DNA from: an uncultured bacterium
GTDB taxonomy: Bacteria; UBA8481
DNA length: 64,000 bases
Assembly: GCA_964499705.1 (NCBI GenBank)
Contig: CAZCME010000009.1
Coordinates: 2,001 to 66,000 of the forward strand
Direction of reading: 5' to 3'
Positions 38,475-47,276 of the stretch are shown one piece after another (position 1 is the stretch's first letter; the number at the start of each line of letters is the position of its first letter). The notes under the pieces were generated by a model. The model was given only the letters and a program-made list of their open reading frames with translations, was not told where the DNA came from and did not search any database. Made by a program: the position numbers and the translations under genes.

Positions 38475-40728
38475 CTATAAATCCAAACCGATGCGGTTTA
38501 TGGAACCAGCCGAGGGTGGGAGACCAGGCTTGATAGGTGTGGGTGACCTGCGGGCCAGAGGAGGCGTCGATCCGGCAAATATTGCCGCGAAGGAATCCGG
38601 ATCGGCCCAGGCCGGGGTAGGCGACTTCCAGCGTCCAGGATTCCGAATCGCGTGTGACCGCCGAACGGATCCCTGCGGAAGACCAGGCTTTCGATTTCTC
38701 GAAATCAATCGAGCGTCGCCACTCCACCTGAGCATCGTAAACCGCATTCAGGGGATTGAATTCGAATTCCCAGTATGTGCCGGCGTAACGATCCGAAATC
38801 TGAAAGAAGAATTCGATGGCATCCTCGCGCCAGAGATCTTCATCCCGGCCCTGGAGTGACGCGACCTGATCGGTATCGAAGGCTTTGACGGCGGCGAAGA
38901 GCGTGCCGGCGGAGTCGACCGCCAGGCGGAATTCCGTGCGGGGCGAGGCCACTAGGAAGGTGTCCGCTTTCATCAGGAGATGCATCGGTGCCGCGGGCCA
39001 ATCGTCGAGATTTCCATCGACCAGGATCGCGCGGTCGACGGCGAGGACGGCGGCGGAAGCGCGTCCCTCGCCCAGTTGCTCCAGCGTGGGAACGGCGGGC
39101 GGGGAAACAAGATTCCCGATGAAATCTCCGGCGATCACGGGGAGGATGATGGCGAGAAAAACGACCAGGAATCCCGCGGCGCGCGGGGTCGAATTCATCA
39201 GGAGGAGTTGCGGCATGAGAAGCAGCAGGATCAGGACGACGGCGGCGAACGCGATGATACCGCCGGGCTGGAAGCGCGTGATGATCCGTTCCGCGACGGC
39301 GCTGGTGTAGGGCTTGTCGATGTACCCCGGGAACATCGCATCCCAGTTCATCGCGGCGGACCATGCGGGATGCTCGCGCAGCCTGAGCCGCATCTCCTCG
39401 CCGAACGCCTCGGTCCATGCGTTTCCGGATCCCGTGATCGGCTCGCGGAAATAATCCTCCAGGATCCGGTTCTCTCTCTCGGCGACGAAGAGATCTCCCA
39501 GCGCTTCGGTCTCCGTTCCCGGATCCTTGGATGCTTTCTCCTTGTGAAGACCCAGGTAATGATGCCAGAGCGAATCTCCCCAGGCGACGGATTCTCCCAT
39601 GATCCAGGCGCGAACGGCCGCGTGAATTTCAGGATCGGGCTCGGGCACGCCGATGTTCTTCACGATCCAGTCGCGATCGTAATCGCAGACATAGGCCCTC
39701 AGGGCCCGGCCGATGAGAGGATCTCCGATCAATCGATCGATGGTGTCGCTCGATTCGCCGCGGGCGACCTCCATCCGGACCATCTTGTGGACGTAATAGG
39801 CGAGGTATCGATCGCGCCGGAAGAGATGAACGCGCATCTCGTTTTCCGCCGGACGATCGTCCTGGCGGAATTTCTCCAGAAAGTCGCTGTAGACATACGG
39901 CGAAGGATCCGCGAGATCGGCTATGACCTGCGCGGAACCTGCCGTTGCCGCGCTTCTCAATCGAGCTGGGCTCTCCGTTCTCGAGAAGAACGTGTATCCG
40001 CGCGGATCGTCGATCCGGACGCCGAATTCCTGCGTGACGACCAGGAAGAGCGAAACGAGCGCGATGAATCCCGCCGAAAGAACACGGAGAATCCGGCGGT
40101 CGCGCGGGCCGATGTCCTCCGTGGAACCGGTGGAGAGCACGCGCAGGATCAAGACAGGCAGCAGCGCCGCCCAGCAGTTCCAGGCGACATCGGCGGCCTC
40201 CGCATGGCGGCCCGGAGTGACGTACTGAAACCATTCGTCGGTGGCGCCTATGATGCCGCCGAGGAGAGCCGCCGCGGGCCAGGTCGCCGCGAATGCGAGA
40301 TGGAGCGACCAGGCGCGGCGCGACAGCCACACGAGAAGGCCGTATTCGAGAAAATGGACTTTCTCCACGGGGATCTTCATCTGAGCGAAGAGCCACCCGT
40401 ATACCGAGATCAGGATGAGCAGCAGTACGATGCGGCCGATGCGGACGCGAACACGCTCGATATTACCGGCGGCATTCGCTTCGCCCCGCGCGGACTTCAG
40501 GATCTGACGCACAAGGGTCACGACGAGTGCGAGCGCGGCCGCGGTGGCGGCGGCATGACCTATCCACTGGTAACCATCATCCGTTCCGAAGAGCGCGTTG
40601 ATCGTTCGCGTCGTCGTGTTGACGATGTTCCGGCCGAACGGGACGGTGACGAGAATGATGCCGGCCCAGATTGCCACGGGCCCGAATCCCCGGAATGGTG
40701 CACCCGCCCGCTTTGTTTTCGTTTCCAT
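38440..40728 (-). CDS. Membrane protein with VanZ-like region and C-terminal CBM9-like domain
   Basis: EKVHFLEYG..DEWFQYVTPGR..DV (VanZ-like); VDGNLDDW..LWREDAIEFF..YWEFEFNP (CBM9-like). Confidence 0.75.
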   Translation of the reverse strand: METKTKRAGAPFRGFGPVAIWAGIILVTVPFGRNIVNTTTRTINALFGTDDGYQWIGHAAATAAALALVVTLVRQILKSARGEANAAGNIERVRVRIGRIVLLLILISVYGWLFAQMKIPVEKVHFLEYGLLVWLSRRAWSLHLAFAATWPAAALLGGIIGATDEWFQYVTPGRHAEAADVAWNCWAALLPVLILRVLSTGSTEDIGPRDRRILRVLSAGFIALVSLFLVVTQEFGVRIDDPRGYTFFSRTESPARLRSAATAGSAQVIADLADPSPYVYSDFLEKFRQDDRPAENEMRVHLFRRDRYLAYYVHKMVRMEVARGESSDTIDRLIGDPLIGRALRAYVCDYDRDWIVKNIGVPEPDPEIHAAVRAWIMGESVAWGDSLWHHYLGLHKEKASKDPGTETEALGDLFVAERENRILEDYFREPITGSGNAWTEAFGEEMRLRLREHPAWSAAMNWDAMFPGYIDKPYTSAVAERIITRFQPGGIIAFAAVVLILLLLMPQLLLMNSTPRAAGFLVVFLAIILPVIAGDFIGNLVSPPAVPTLEQLGEGRASAAVLAVDRAILVDGNLDDWPAAPMHLLMKADTFLVASPRTEFRLAVDSAGTLFAAVKAFDTDQVASLQGRDEDLWREDAIEFFFQISDRYAGTYWEFEFNPLNAVYDAQVEWRRSIDFEKSKAWSSAGIRSAVTRDSESWTLEVAYPGLGRSGFLRGNICRIDASSGPQVTHTYQAWSPTLGWFHKPHRFGFIGGHSPTLQHSE

Positions 40729-40899
40729 GCCTTCCGAAATTAGCCAAGGCGCCCGCAATCGGCAAGCGAAAGGAGTCATCCGTGCAAGACATTGATATTT
40801 CTTTGCGCGGTTGTTGCCGATATGATGCTAAACTTTGTCCCAGGCTGGAGTGTCAGGGGGAAGCCTTAAGACAAAGGAAGGATGAACCTCTGACCTGAT

Positions 40900-42570
40900 A
40901 TGACCGATTCACCCCCAGAACAGGCGCCGGCGACCGTGACGACTTCAGACCCGGAAGTCATGCCGGTCGTATCCGTCCAGGAACCGGTCGCCGCCAAGGC
41001 CCCGCCCGCGGTGTCCGCGCACTCCGATATCGCCGCCGATTTCCGCGAATGGTACAGGAGTCGGCTCGAATCCAAGCGGGAGATCATGGAGCAGCAGCCG
41101 GCTCAGTGCGAGGGCGAGGAGATCCTGAATCCCGCGCTCATGCGCGAAGCGCACCACATCGCCACGGCCGCCCACCTCTTCGGTTTCGAAAAGCTCTCCT
41201 CGCTTGCCGTCGCCCTGCAGGGAAGTGAACTGGCCACGATGCCCCAGGCGCTCGACGCGCTCATGCGCGAAATCCAGGAACTCCTTGCCGCGAGAATCAA
41301 GGCGCGGGGCAGCATTCTCCTTCTCGACGGCGACGCGGAACGGCGCGGCAATTTCGGCAGAGCGCTCCGGTGCCTGCGGGCGGACATCGTCGAGGTCGAT
41401 TCGGCCGGCGAGGCCGAGGATTTCCTGGGAAAGCAGACCGTGCACCTGATCCTCATGGCGCTTCCCCTTCCTGACGGTGACGGCCGGGAGTTCATCCGCC
41501 AGTTGACTCATCGGCAGCACACGTCGAGCATTTCCATTCTCGTCATGGCCAACGTCCAGGATGAGCCGACGGGTGAAGACACACTGATGCACGGAGCGGA
41601 ATCGTTCTTCCGGCTCCCTATCGAGACGAACACGTTCGCGCGCGTCGTGGAGACGCGGCTCGACGGCGCGATGCGCCGGCGCAGTCTTGATCGATCCGAC
41701 CGCCTGACCGATCTGCCCACGCGCGTGGTCTTTTGCGAAGCGCTCGATCGCGCGGTTTCCTTCGCGCATCGCACGAGCCGGCCGCTCTCCGTCGCGCTCA
41801 TCTCGCTCGACGGCGCCGCGGAGATCGCGGCCCATCACGGCCGCAGGATCAAGGATGACGTCACGCAGCGCTGCGCGGAGGCGATCCGGAGAACGTTCCG
41901 GTCGAGCGATCTGCTCGCCTACTGGGGCTCCGGATGCTTCGCCTCCTTCTTTCCCAACACGACATCCGGGCATGCCCGCCGCGCCATTGAGAAAGCCCAG
42001 GACTCGATCCGTCGTCTGAACATCACGGGGCTCGATGGGCGCCCGCTGACCCTGCGCATTTCCGCAGGGATCGCGGACATCACACGCGAGACGATGCCGG
42101 ATACGGCGGTGGCGCACGCGCTCTGGTATCTCAAGCATGCGCAGGAGGATCCGGCGAATCCGATCGCGGTCCAGCCCTCGGCGACCGGCGAATATCGCCA
42201 GAGCGTCCTGATCGCCGAGACGGACGCCTCCACGCGCGAGGTCGTGGCGCACAGGTTCAGGAGAGAGGACTGGGAAGTGACCGAGTGCCACGACGGGCGC
42301 GCGGCGATCGAAGCCGTTCTTTCCGGCGGCCCGGCTCACACTTTTCTCATCATCGACGCTCATCTTCCGCGGATCAACGGGTTGGATCTCATCCGCCGGC
42401 TGCGGGAAATGGGGATTCACTCCACGACGCCCATTCTTCTCCTGGCCGTGGAGGATTCGGGCGGAGGCATCGCCCAGGCGCTTTCGCTCGGCGCGAACGA
42501 TTACATGACCAAGCCCTTTTCTCCGCTCGAACTGATGACGCGCGTCCGCCGCCTGGTTCGGCCGAGGTAA
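40900..42570 (+). CDS. Hpt-like / REC / degenerate GGDEF / REC signalling protein
   Basis: REAHHIATAA; REC1 LILMALPLPDGDG lacks the Asp; RSSD followed by YWGSGCF in place of GGDEF; REC2 IIDAHLP..KPF. Confidence 0.8.
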   Translation: MTDSPPEQAPATVTTSDPEVMPVVSVQEPVAAKAPPAVSAHSDIAADFREWYRSRLESKREIMEQQPAQCEGEEILNPALMREAHHIATAAHLFGFEKLSSLAVALQGSELATMPQALDALMREIQELLAARIKARGSILLLDGDAERRGNFGRALRCLRADIVEVDSAGEAEDFLGKQTVHLILMALPLPDGDGREFIRQLTHRQHTSSISILVMANVQDEPTGEDTLMHGAESFFRLPIETNTFARVVETRLDGAMRRRSLDRSDRLTDLPTRVVFCEALDRAVSFAHRTSRPLSVALISLDGAAEIAAHHGRRIKDDVTQRCAEAIRRTFRSSDLLAYWGSGCFASFFPNTTSGHARRAIEKAQDSIRRLNITGLDGRPLTLRISAGIADITRETMPDTAVAHALWYLKHAQEDPANPIAVQPSATGEYRQSVLIAETDASTREVVAHRFRREDWEVTECHDGRAAIEAVLSGGPAHTFLIIDAHLPRINGLDLIRRLREMGIHSTTPILLLAVEDSGGGIAQALSLGANDYMTKPFSPLELMTRVRRLVRPR

Positions 42571-42635
42571 CCTTCCCCCTGCAAGAGCGGCTCGGCATCC
42601 TCAACGCCATCAGCGAGGATCCCATCTTCACATGG

Positions 42636-43691
42636 ATGGTCATCCTGAGCGCGGTGCTCATTGCGCTCGCCTTTCTCCTCGCCGCCGCGACCGTGCATTT
42701 CCGATTCGCGAATATCCGAAAGGAACAGGCATGGAGGAATCTCGAGACGAAATGGAGGCCCCTGGCGAACCGCGTGATCTCCGGGGAGATTCCCGCGAGC
42801 GCGCTGCACCAGGCCGTCGAACCGGCGGAGCGCTACTTCTTCGTGGAGTTCCTGGCGCGTTATGCCACGCGATTCGAGCGTCACGAGAAGGCCATCCTGG
42901 AATCGCTCGCGGAACCCTACCTTCCCGGCATCGCCGCGCGGCTCGATTCGGAGGATCCCGACATCCGATCCCGCGCGATCATCACTCTGGGGCTGCTGGG
43001 CCCCCGTAAGCATGTGATGGCGCTTGTGGAGGGACTGTCCGCGGAGGAGCCGATCACGGTGCTGGCCGCGGCGCGGGCGCTCTGCGCGCTCGAAGACGAA
43101 AACGCCGTGCGGCATGTCTTCCTTCACATTCACAAGGCCGAACTCTGGAGCGTGAGCTTTCTGTCGCGCGTCATCGCTTCCGCAGGTCGCGCGGCTGAGC
43201 GCCCCTGCCGCGAGATCATGGTCGATCCGGATCGTTCCGTCTGGATCCGCATCCTCGCCGTGGAATCGCTCCGGAAGCTGAACGACTTCGAGGCCGCGGA
43301 CCTGGCGCGCGACCTGATCCTTTCGCAGTCGGACGCGCCGCCCGGCGTTCTCTGCGCCTGTCTCCGGCTCTTGAAAAACATCGGCACGGAACGGCACCTG
43401 GACGCGATCCGGCACGTCTGGGGATCCGACAACGACGCGGTCCGCACGAACGCGATCGCGGCGCTCGGCGGAGCAGGAACGCGGGACGATCTGCCGCGCC
43501 TCCGGCTGATGGTGAGCGACGCGAATCAATGGGTCGTCTGGTCGGCGATCCGTGGAATCATGAACCTGGGGGATCGCGATTTTCTCCGCGATCTCGTGAA
43601 AGCGGGACACAAGGCGGGCCCGGCGGCCCAGGCCGTCCTCGACGAAGTTTCAGCGGGGCACGAGGGACTGCTGCAGGCGGAGAGGCTCTGA
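42636..43691 (+). CDS. Membrane-anchored HEAT-repeat protein (start uncertain)
   Basis: N-terminal TM then HEAT repeats (IRSRAIITLG, VRTNAIAALG). Confidence 0.75.
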   Translation: MVILSAVLIALAFLLAAATVHFRFANIRKEQAWRNLETKWRPLANRVISGEIPASALHQAVEPAERYFFVEFLARYATRFERHEKAILESLAEPYLPGIAARLDSEDPDIRSRAIITLGLLGPRKHVMALVEGLSAEEPITVLAAARALCALEDENAVRHVFLHIHKAELWSVSFLSRVIASAGRAAERPCREIMVDPDRSVWIRILAVESLRKLNDFEAADLARDLILSQSDAPPGVLCACLRLLKNIGTERHLDAIRHVWGSDNDAVRTNAIAALGGAGTRDDLPRLRLMVSDANQWVVWSAIRGIMNLGDRDFLRDLVKAGHKAGPAAQAVLDEVSAGHEGLLQAERL

Positions 43692-43694
43692 CAC

Positions 43695-45107
43695 ATGTCC
43701 GTTAATACCGCGTGGTTCATCCTCGAAATCGCCAGCATCATGGTTCTCATGTATTTTCTGCTGCTCAATGCGACATACGGCATCACCAGCATCATCGCAT
43801 TCGCGGCTCTGCGGTCGCACGCGCGCAAGATCAGGACGCTCGGCGTGGAAGAGCTCGCCACGATCGCGGGAGTGCCGCCGGTGACCCTGGTCGCGCCCGC
43901 GTACAATGAGGAGAAAACCTGCGTCGATTCCGTCAATGCCTTCCTGACGCTGCGGTATCCGGATTTCGAAGTGCTCGTCGTCAACGACGGATCGCGCGAC
44001 AAGACGCTCGCCGTCCTGAAGGACGCGTATCAGTTGGTGCCGTCGACGCGCCTGCCGACGGCGTCGATCGCCACGAAAAACGTCCGGGCCGTCTACCACA
44101 GCCGGCTTCACTCGAATCTCTGGGTCATCGACAAGGAAAATGGCGGGAAGTCCGACGCGCTGAACGTCGGCATCAACTTCTGCCGCACCACGCTCTTCTG
44201 CGCGATGGACGCCGATACTCTTCTGGAACGCGACGCGCTTCTCCGGATCGTCCGTCCCTTTCTCGAGGACCGCCGCACGGTCGTCACCGGCGGCATCATC
44301 CGGATCGCCAACGGCTGCAGGATCACCGCGGGCGAGATCGATTCCGTCGCGCTGCCGAGGGGGATGCTGGCCCGCTACCAGGTGGTCGAATACCTGCGGG
44401 CGTTTCTGTCCGGCCGCATCGGCTGGAACGCGCTGAACGGGACGCTCATCGTCTCCGGCGCCTTCGGTCTGCTGAAGCGCTCCATGGTCGTCGAGGTCGG
44501 CGGCTACGACACGACGACCGTCGGCGAGGACATGGAGCTGGTGGTCCGGATTCACCGCCATTGCCTGGAGAACGCGATCCCATACCGGATCACGTTCGTC
44601 CCTGACCCGGTGGCGTGGACGGAATGCCCGGAGAATTTCATGGTGCTGATGCGGCAGCGCGATCGTTGGCAGCGCGGTCTCATGCAGGCGCTCACCATGC
44701 ATCGCAGGATGCTGTTGAATCCCCGGTACGGAGCGATCGGGATGCTGGCGTTTCCGTATTTCTATTTCCTGGAGATGATGGGCCCCGTGATCGAGGTCGT
44801 CGGCTATCTGCTTCTTACGATCTCCCTGGCGACCGGATCGTTGACCTCCGGTTTCTCGTGGGCCTTTCTTTTTCTCGCCATCATCATGGGGATCGTCCTC
44901 AGCATTTCCGCCGTCGGGCTTGGCGAGCTTTCGCTCCGGAGATATCCGAATCCGAAAGACCTGGCGCTCCTCTTTGCCGTATCGCTGACGGAAAATTTCG
45001 GTTATCGCCAGATCATCACGATCTTTCGGATGATGGGAACGATGTCGGCCCTGCGGAAGAAAAAGGGATGGGGGCACATGGTGCGGCGCGGCTTCCGGCC
45101 GGCATGA
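43695..45107 (+). CDS. Processive GT2 glycosyltransferase (PgaC/cellulose synthase-like)
   Basis: PAYNEE, NDGS, GKSDALN, DAD, GED, QRDRW; flanking TMs. Confidence 0.92.
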   Translation: MSVNTAWFILEIASIMVLMYFLLLNATYGITSIIAFAALRSHARKIRTLGVEELATIAGVPPVTLVAPAYNEEKTCVDSVNAFLTLRYPDFEVLVVNDGSRDKTLAVLKDAYQLVPSTRLPTASIATKNVRAVYHSRLHSNLWVIDKENGGKSDALNVGINFCRTTLFCAMDADTLLERDALLRIVRPFLEDRRTVVTGGIIRIANGCRITAGEIDSVALPRGMLARYQVVEYLRAFLSGRIGWNALNGTLIVSGAFGLLKRSMVVEVGGYDTTTVGEDMELVVRIHRHCLENAIPYRITFVPDPVAWTECPENFMVLMRQRDRWQRGLMQALTMHRRMLLNPRYGAIGMLAFPYFYFLEMMGPVIEVVGYLLLTISLATGSLTSGFSWAFLFLAIIMGIVLSISAVGLGELSLRRYPNPKDLALLFAVSLTENFGYRQIITIFRMMGTMSALRKKKGWGHMVRRGFRPA

Positions 45108-45171
45108 TCCCGGGCCTGGATGAACATACATTATTGAAGAAGCAGTCCGGATTTTCAGATAGGATCGGACC

Positions 45172-46140
45172 ATGAACAGCACGCCCCCCTCTGCGCCCAT
45201 TTCCGGCCGTCTTGCGCTCGCCCTTCTGGAACTCGCGGGATGGGCGATCATCGTTCTTCTCCTCGCAAATATCGTCGTGATCGCGGGCGGATTCATGGGG
45301 CAGGAGACGCAGTCGGGCGAAGGGGCGGTTGCCATGGCGTATGCGCGATACCTGACGGGGGAAGTGCAGGATGTCCTCGCACGGTTGCTGATGCGTTTCG
45401 ATCAGCCGACGACCTGGCAGGGGCTCGATATTCCGGCATTTCTCTTCACGCTCACGCTTCTTGGCCTTCGTTCGCTGAACCTGTATGCCCTGGAACGGAT
45501 CGAGAAGTCCCATGCGCGCGCGCAGGCGCATGCGCACGATGAGAAATTCAGCGACGCGGAGCGACAGGCCGCGTCGCGCCGCGTCGCAGTGCAGACATAT
45601 GCGGACGCCAGGATGGTTCTTTCCGCCATGAAAGTGGAGCTGACTTTTCTCTCCCTCGACATCGTGGGTTCCACGAAGATGAAGCTGGGGGAGGATCCCA
45701 TCCTCATCGAACAGGCCTTCACGGATTACATGAAAATGGTGAACAAGATTCTCCAAAAGAACGGAGCCTACAAGACGACGTGGACTCCGGACGGCCAGAT
45801 GGCGGCCTTCAAGTCGGCTGACGCGGCCGTCCGTGCCGGCCAGGAGATTCTCTCGGCGCTTCCTCCGTTCAATCGCGACGTCTCCCGCCTGAAGACGCCG
45901 TTCCGGCTCCGCGCGGGATCCCACATGGGAATCGTCACGACGGATGACGAGACGCCCATGGAGAAGATCTCCGATTTCTCGATCGATGTCTCCGGACATA
46001 TGCAGAAGAAAGCCGCGCACGACGCGCTCTGGATTTCCGAGAAGCTTTATGAGCGTCTGGAGCGCCGTGAGGGATTCGCCGATACGGGCGAGACCGTGGA
46101 CGACTTCAAGGCGTGGTCCTGGCAGCGCCCGTCTCCGTAG
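45172..46140 (+). CDS. Membrane-bound class III nucleotide cyclase-like protein
   Basis: Two TMs, LSLDIVGST, TPDGQMAAF, LRAGSHMG. Confidence 0.75.
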   Translation: MNSTPPSAPISGRLALALLELAGWAIIVLLLANIVVIAGGFMGQETQSGEGAVAMAYARYLTGEVQDVLARLLMRFDQPTTWQGLDIPAFLFTLTLLGLRSLNLYALERIEKSHARAQAHAHDEKFSDAERQAASRRVAVQTYADARMVLSAMKVELTFLSLDIVGSTKMKLGEDPILIEQAFTDYMKMVNKILQKNGAYKTTWTPDGQMAAFKSADAAVRAGQEILSALPPFNRDVSRLKTPFRLRAGSHMGIVTTDDETPMEKISDFSIDVSGHMQKKAAHDALWISEKLYERLERREGFADTGETVDDFKAWSWQRPSP

Positions 46141-47262
46141 ATGAGGGGCTCGCGCCGCACGAAACGTCTCCGCAGGCTCGGAATCGCCGTCGGGATCGCG
46201 ATCGTCGTGCTCGTCTTTCTCCGGTTTTCGGCCTGCGGTCCCGGCCAGCCCCGGCCCCTCTCGATCATCGTGTACGACAAGACCGTCCCGGACAGGTCCT
46301 ATCGCGAGCATAAGGCTTTCTTCAATGTCCTGGGTTCCGACTACATCGATAGCGCGACAGGACGCTATTTCGAGCCCGAGCATGATTACTACGGCTTCGT
46401 TCCTCTTCCCGACGAAACGTATGTCATCCGCCCGCTTCCTCCGCGCTACGACGGGGTCGATCTCTTCTACCTCGTCGACGCGTACGGCGTGTACACGCTC
46501 GATTTCTACGGCACCAATCCGCGCGGCCAGCGATCGCAGAAGATCTACGGAGGATTGACGCTGCGCGACGTCGCGGAAGCCCGCCGGGCGGTCCATGCCG
46601 GCGCGCTCTTCATCGGAGAATTCAACACGTTCGCTTCTCCGACAGGCGACGCGGCGCAGACGGCGATGGCCTCTTTTCTCGGCGTGCGATGGACGGGATG
46701 GATCGGCCGGTACTTCACGAACCTGGCGCGAGAGGGGGAGGTGCCGGTATGGGCCGTGGACAATTACGAGCGCGAGACGGGTCATCGGTGGCAATTCAGG
46801 GGACCGGGCTACATTCTCGTTCGGCAGGATCACATCGTGGTGCTTGTCGAGGAGGAGGACATCGAGGCGCAGGGGTGCGTTTTCGAATGGAACGAAACCG
46901 GGCGGAAAATATTTCCGGATTCGCGCCGGTCCGTGTACCAGTACTGGTTCGACATCCTGGAAACGGATACCGGAACGATCAGCCTGGCGGATTTCAAGCT
47001 CAAGGTGACGCCGAAAGGCGCGGATATTCTCCTCCGAGAAAAACTTCCGGCGACATTTCCGGCGGTCATCCTGAATGAAACGACCGCCTACACGTCCTTC
47101 TACTTCGCCGGCGATTTCGCCGACCGCGACGATCGGTTCATCTTCCTCCGGAGCGACAAAGAATCGCTCTTCTACCGCAGGAGCTACCGGCCCATGATGG
47201 AGAAGATTCTCGACCGGGTCGCCTCGTCAAGAAAAGCCCCGAAGCCCCTGCGTTTTAAATAG
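46141..47262 (+). CDS. Exported hypothetical protein
   Basis: N-terminal TM; YDKTVPDRSYREH, YLVDAYGVY, EFNTFASPT, WTGWIGRYF, YFAGDFAD. Confidence 0.7.
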   Translation: MRGSRRTKRLRRLGIAVGIAIVVLVFLRFSACGPGQPRPLSIIVYDKTVPDRSYREHKAFFNVLGSDYIDSATGRYFEPEHDYYGFVPLPDETYVIRPLPPRYDGVDLFYLVDAYGVYTLDFYGTNPRGQRSQKIYGGLTLRDVAEARRAVHAGALFIGEFNTFASPTGDAAQTAMASFLGVRWTGWIGRYFTNLAREGEVPVWAVDNYERETGHRWQFRGPGYILVRQDHIVVLVEEEDIEAQGCVFEWNETGRKIFPDSRRSVYQYWFDILETDTGTISLADFKLKVTPKGADILLREKLPATFPAVILNETTAYTSFYFAGDFADRDDRFIFLRSDKESLFYRRSYRPMMEKILDRVASSRKAPKPLRFK

Positions 47263-47276
47263 GGGAAGTTCCAGAA

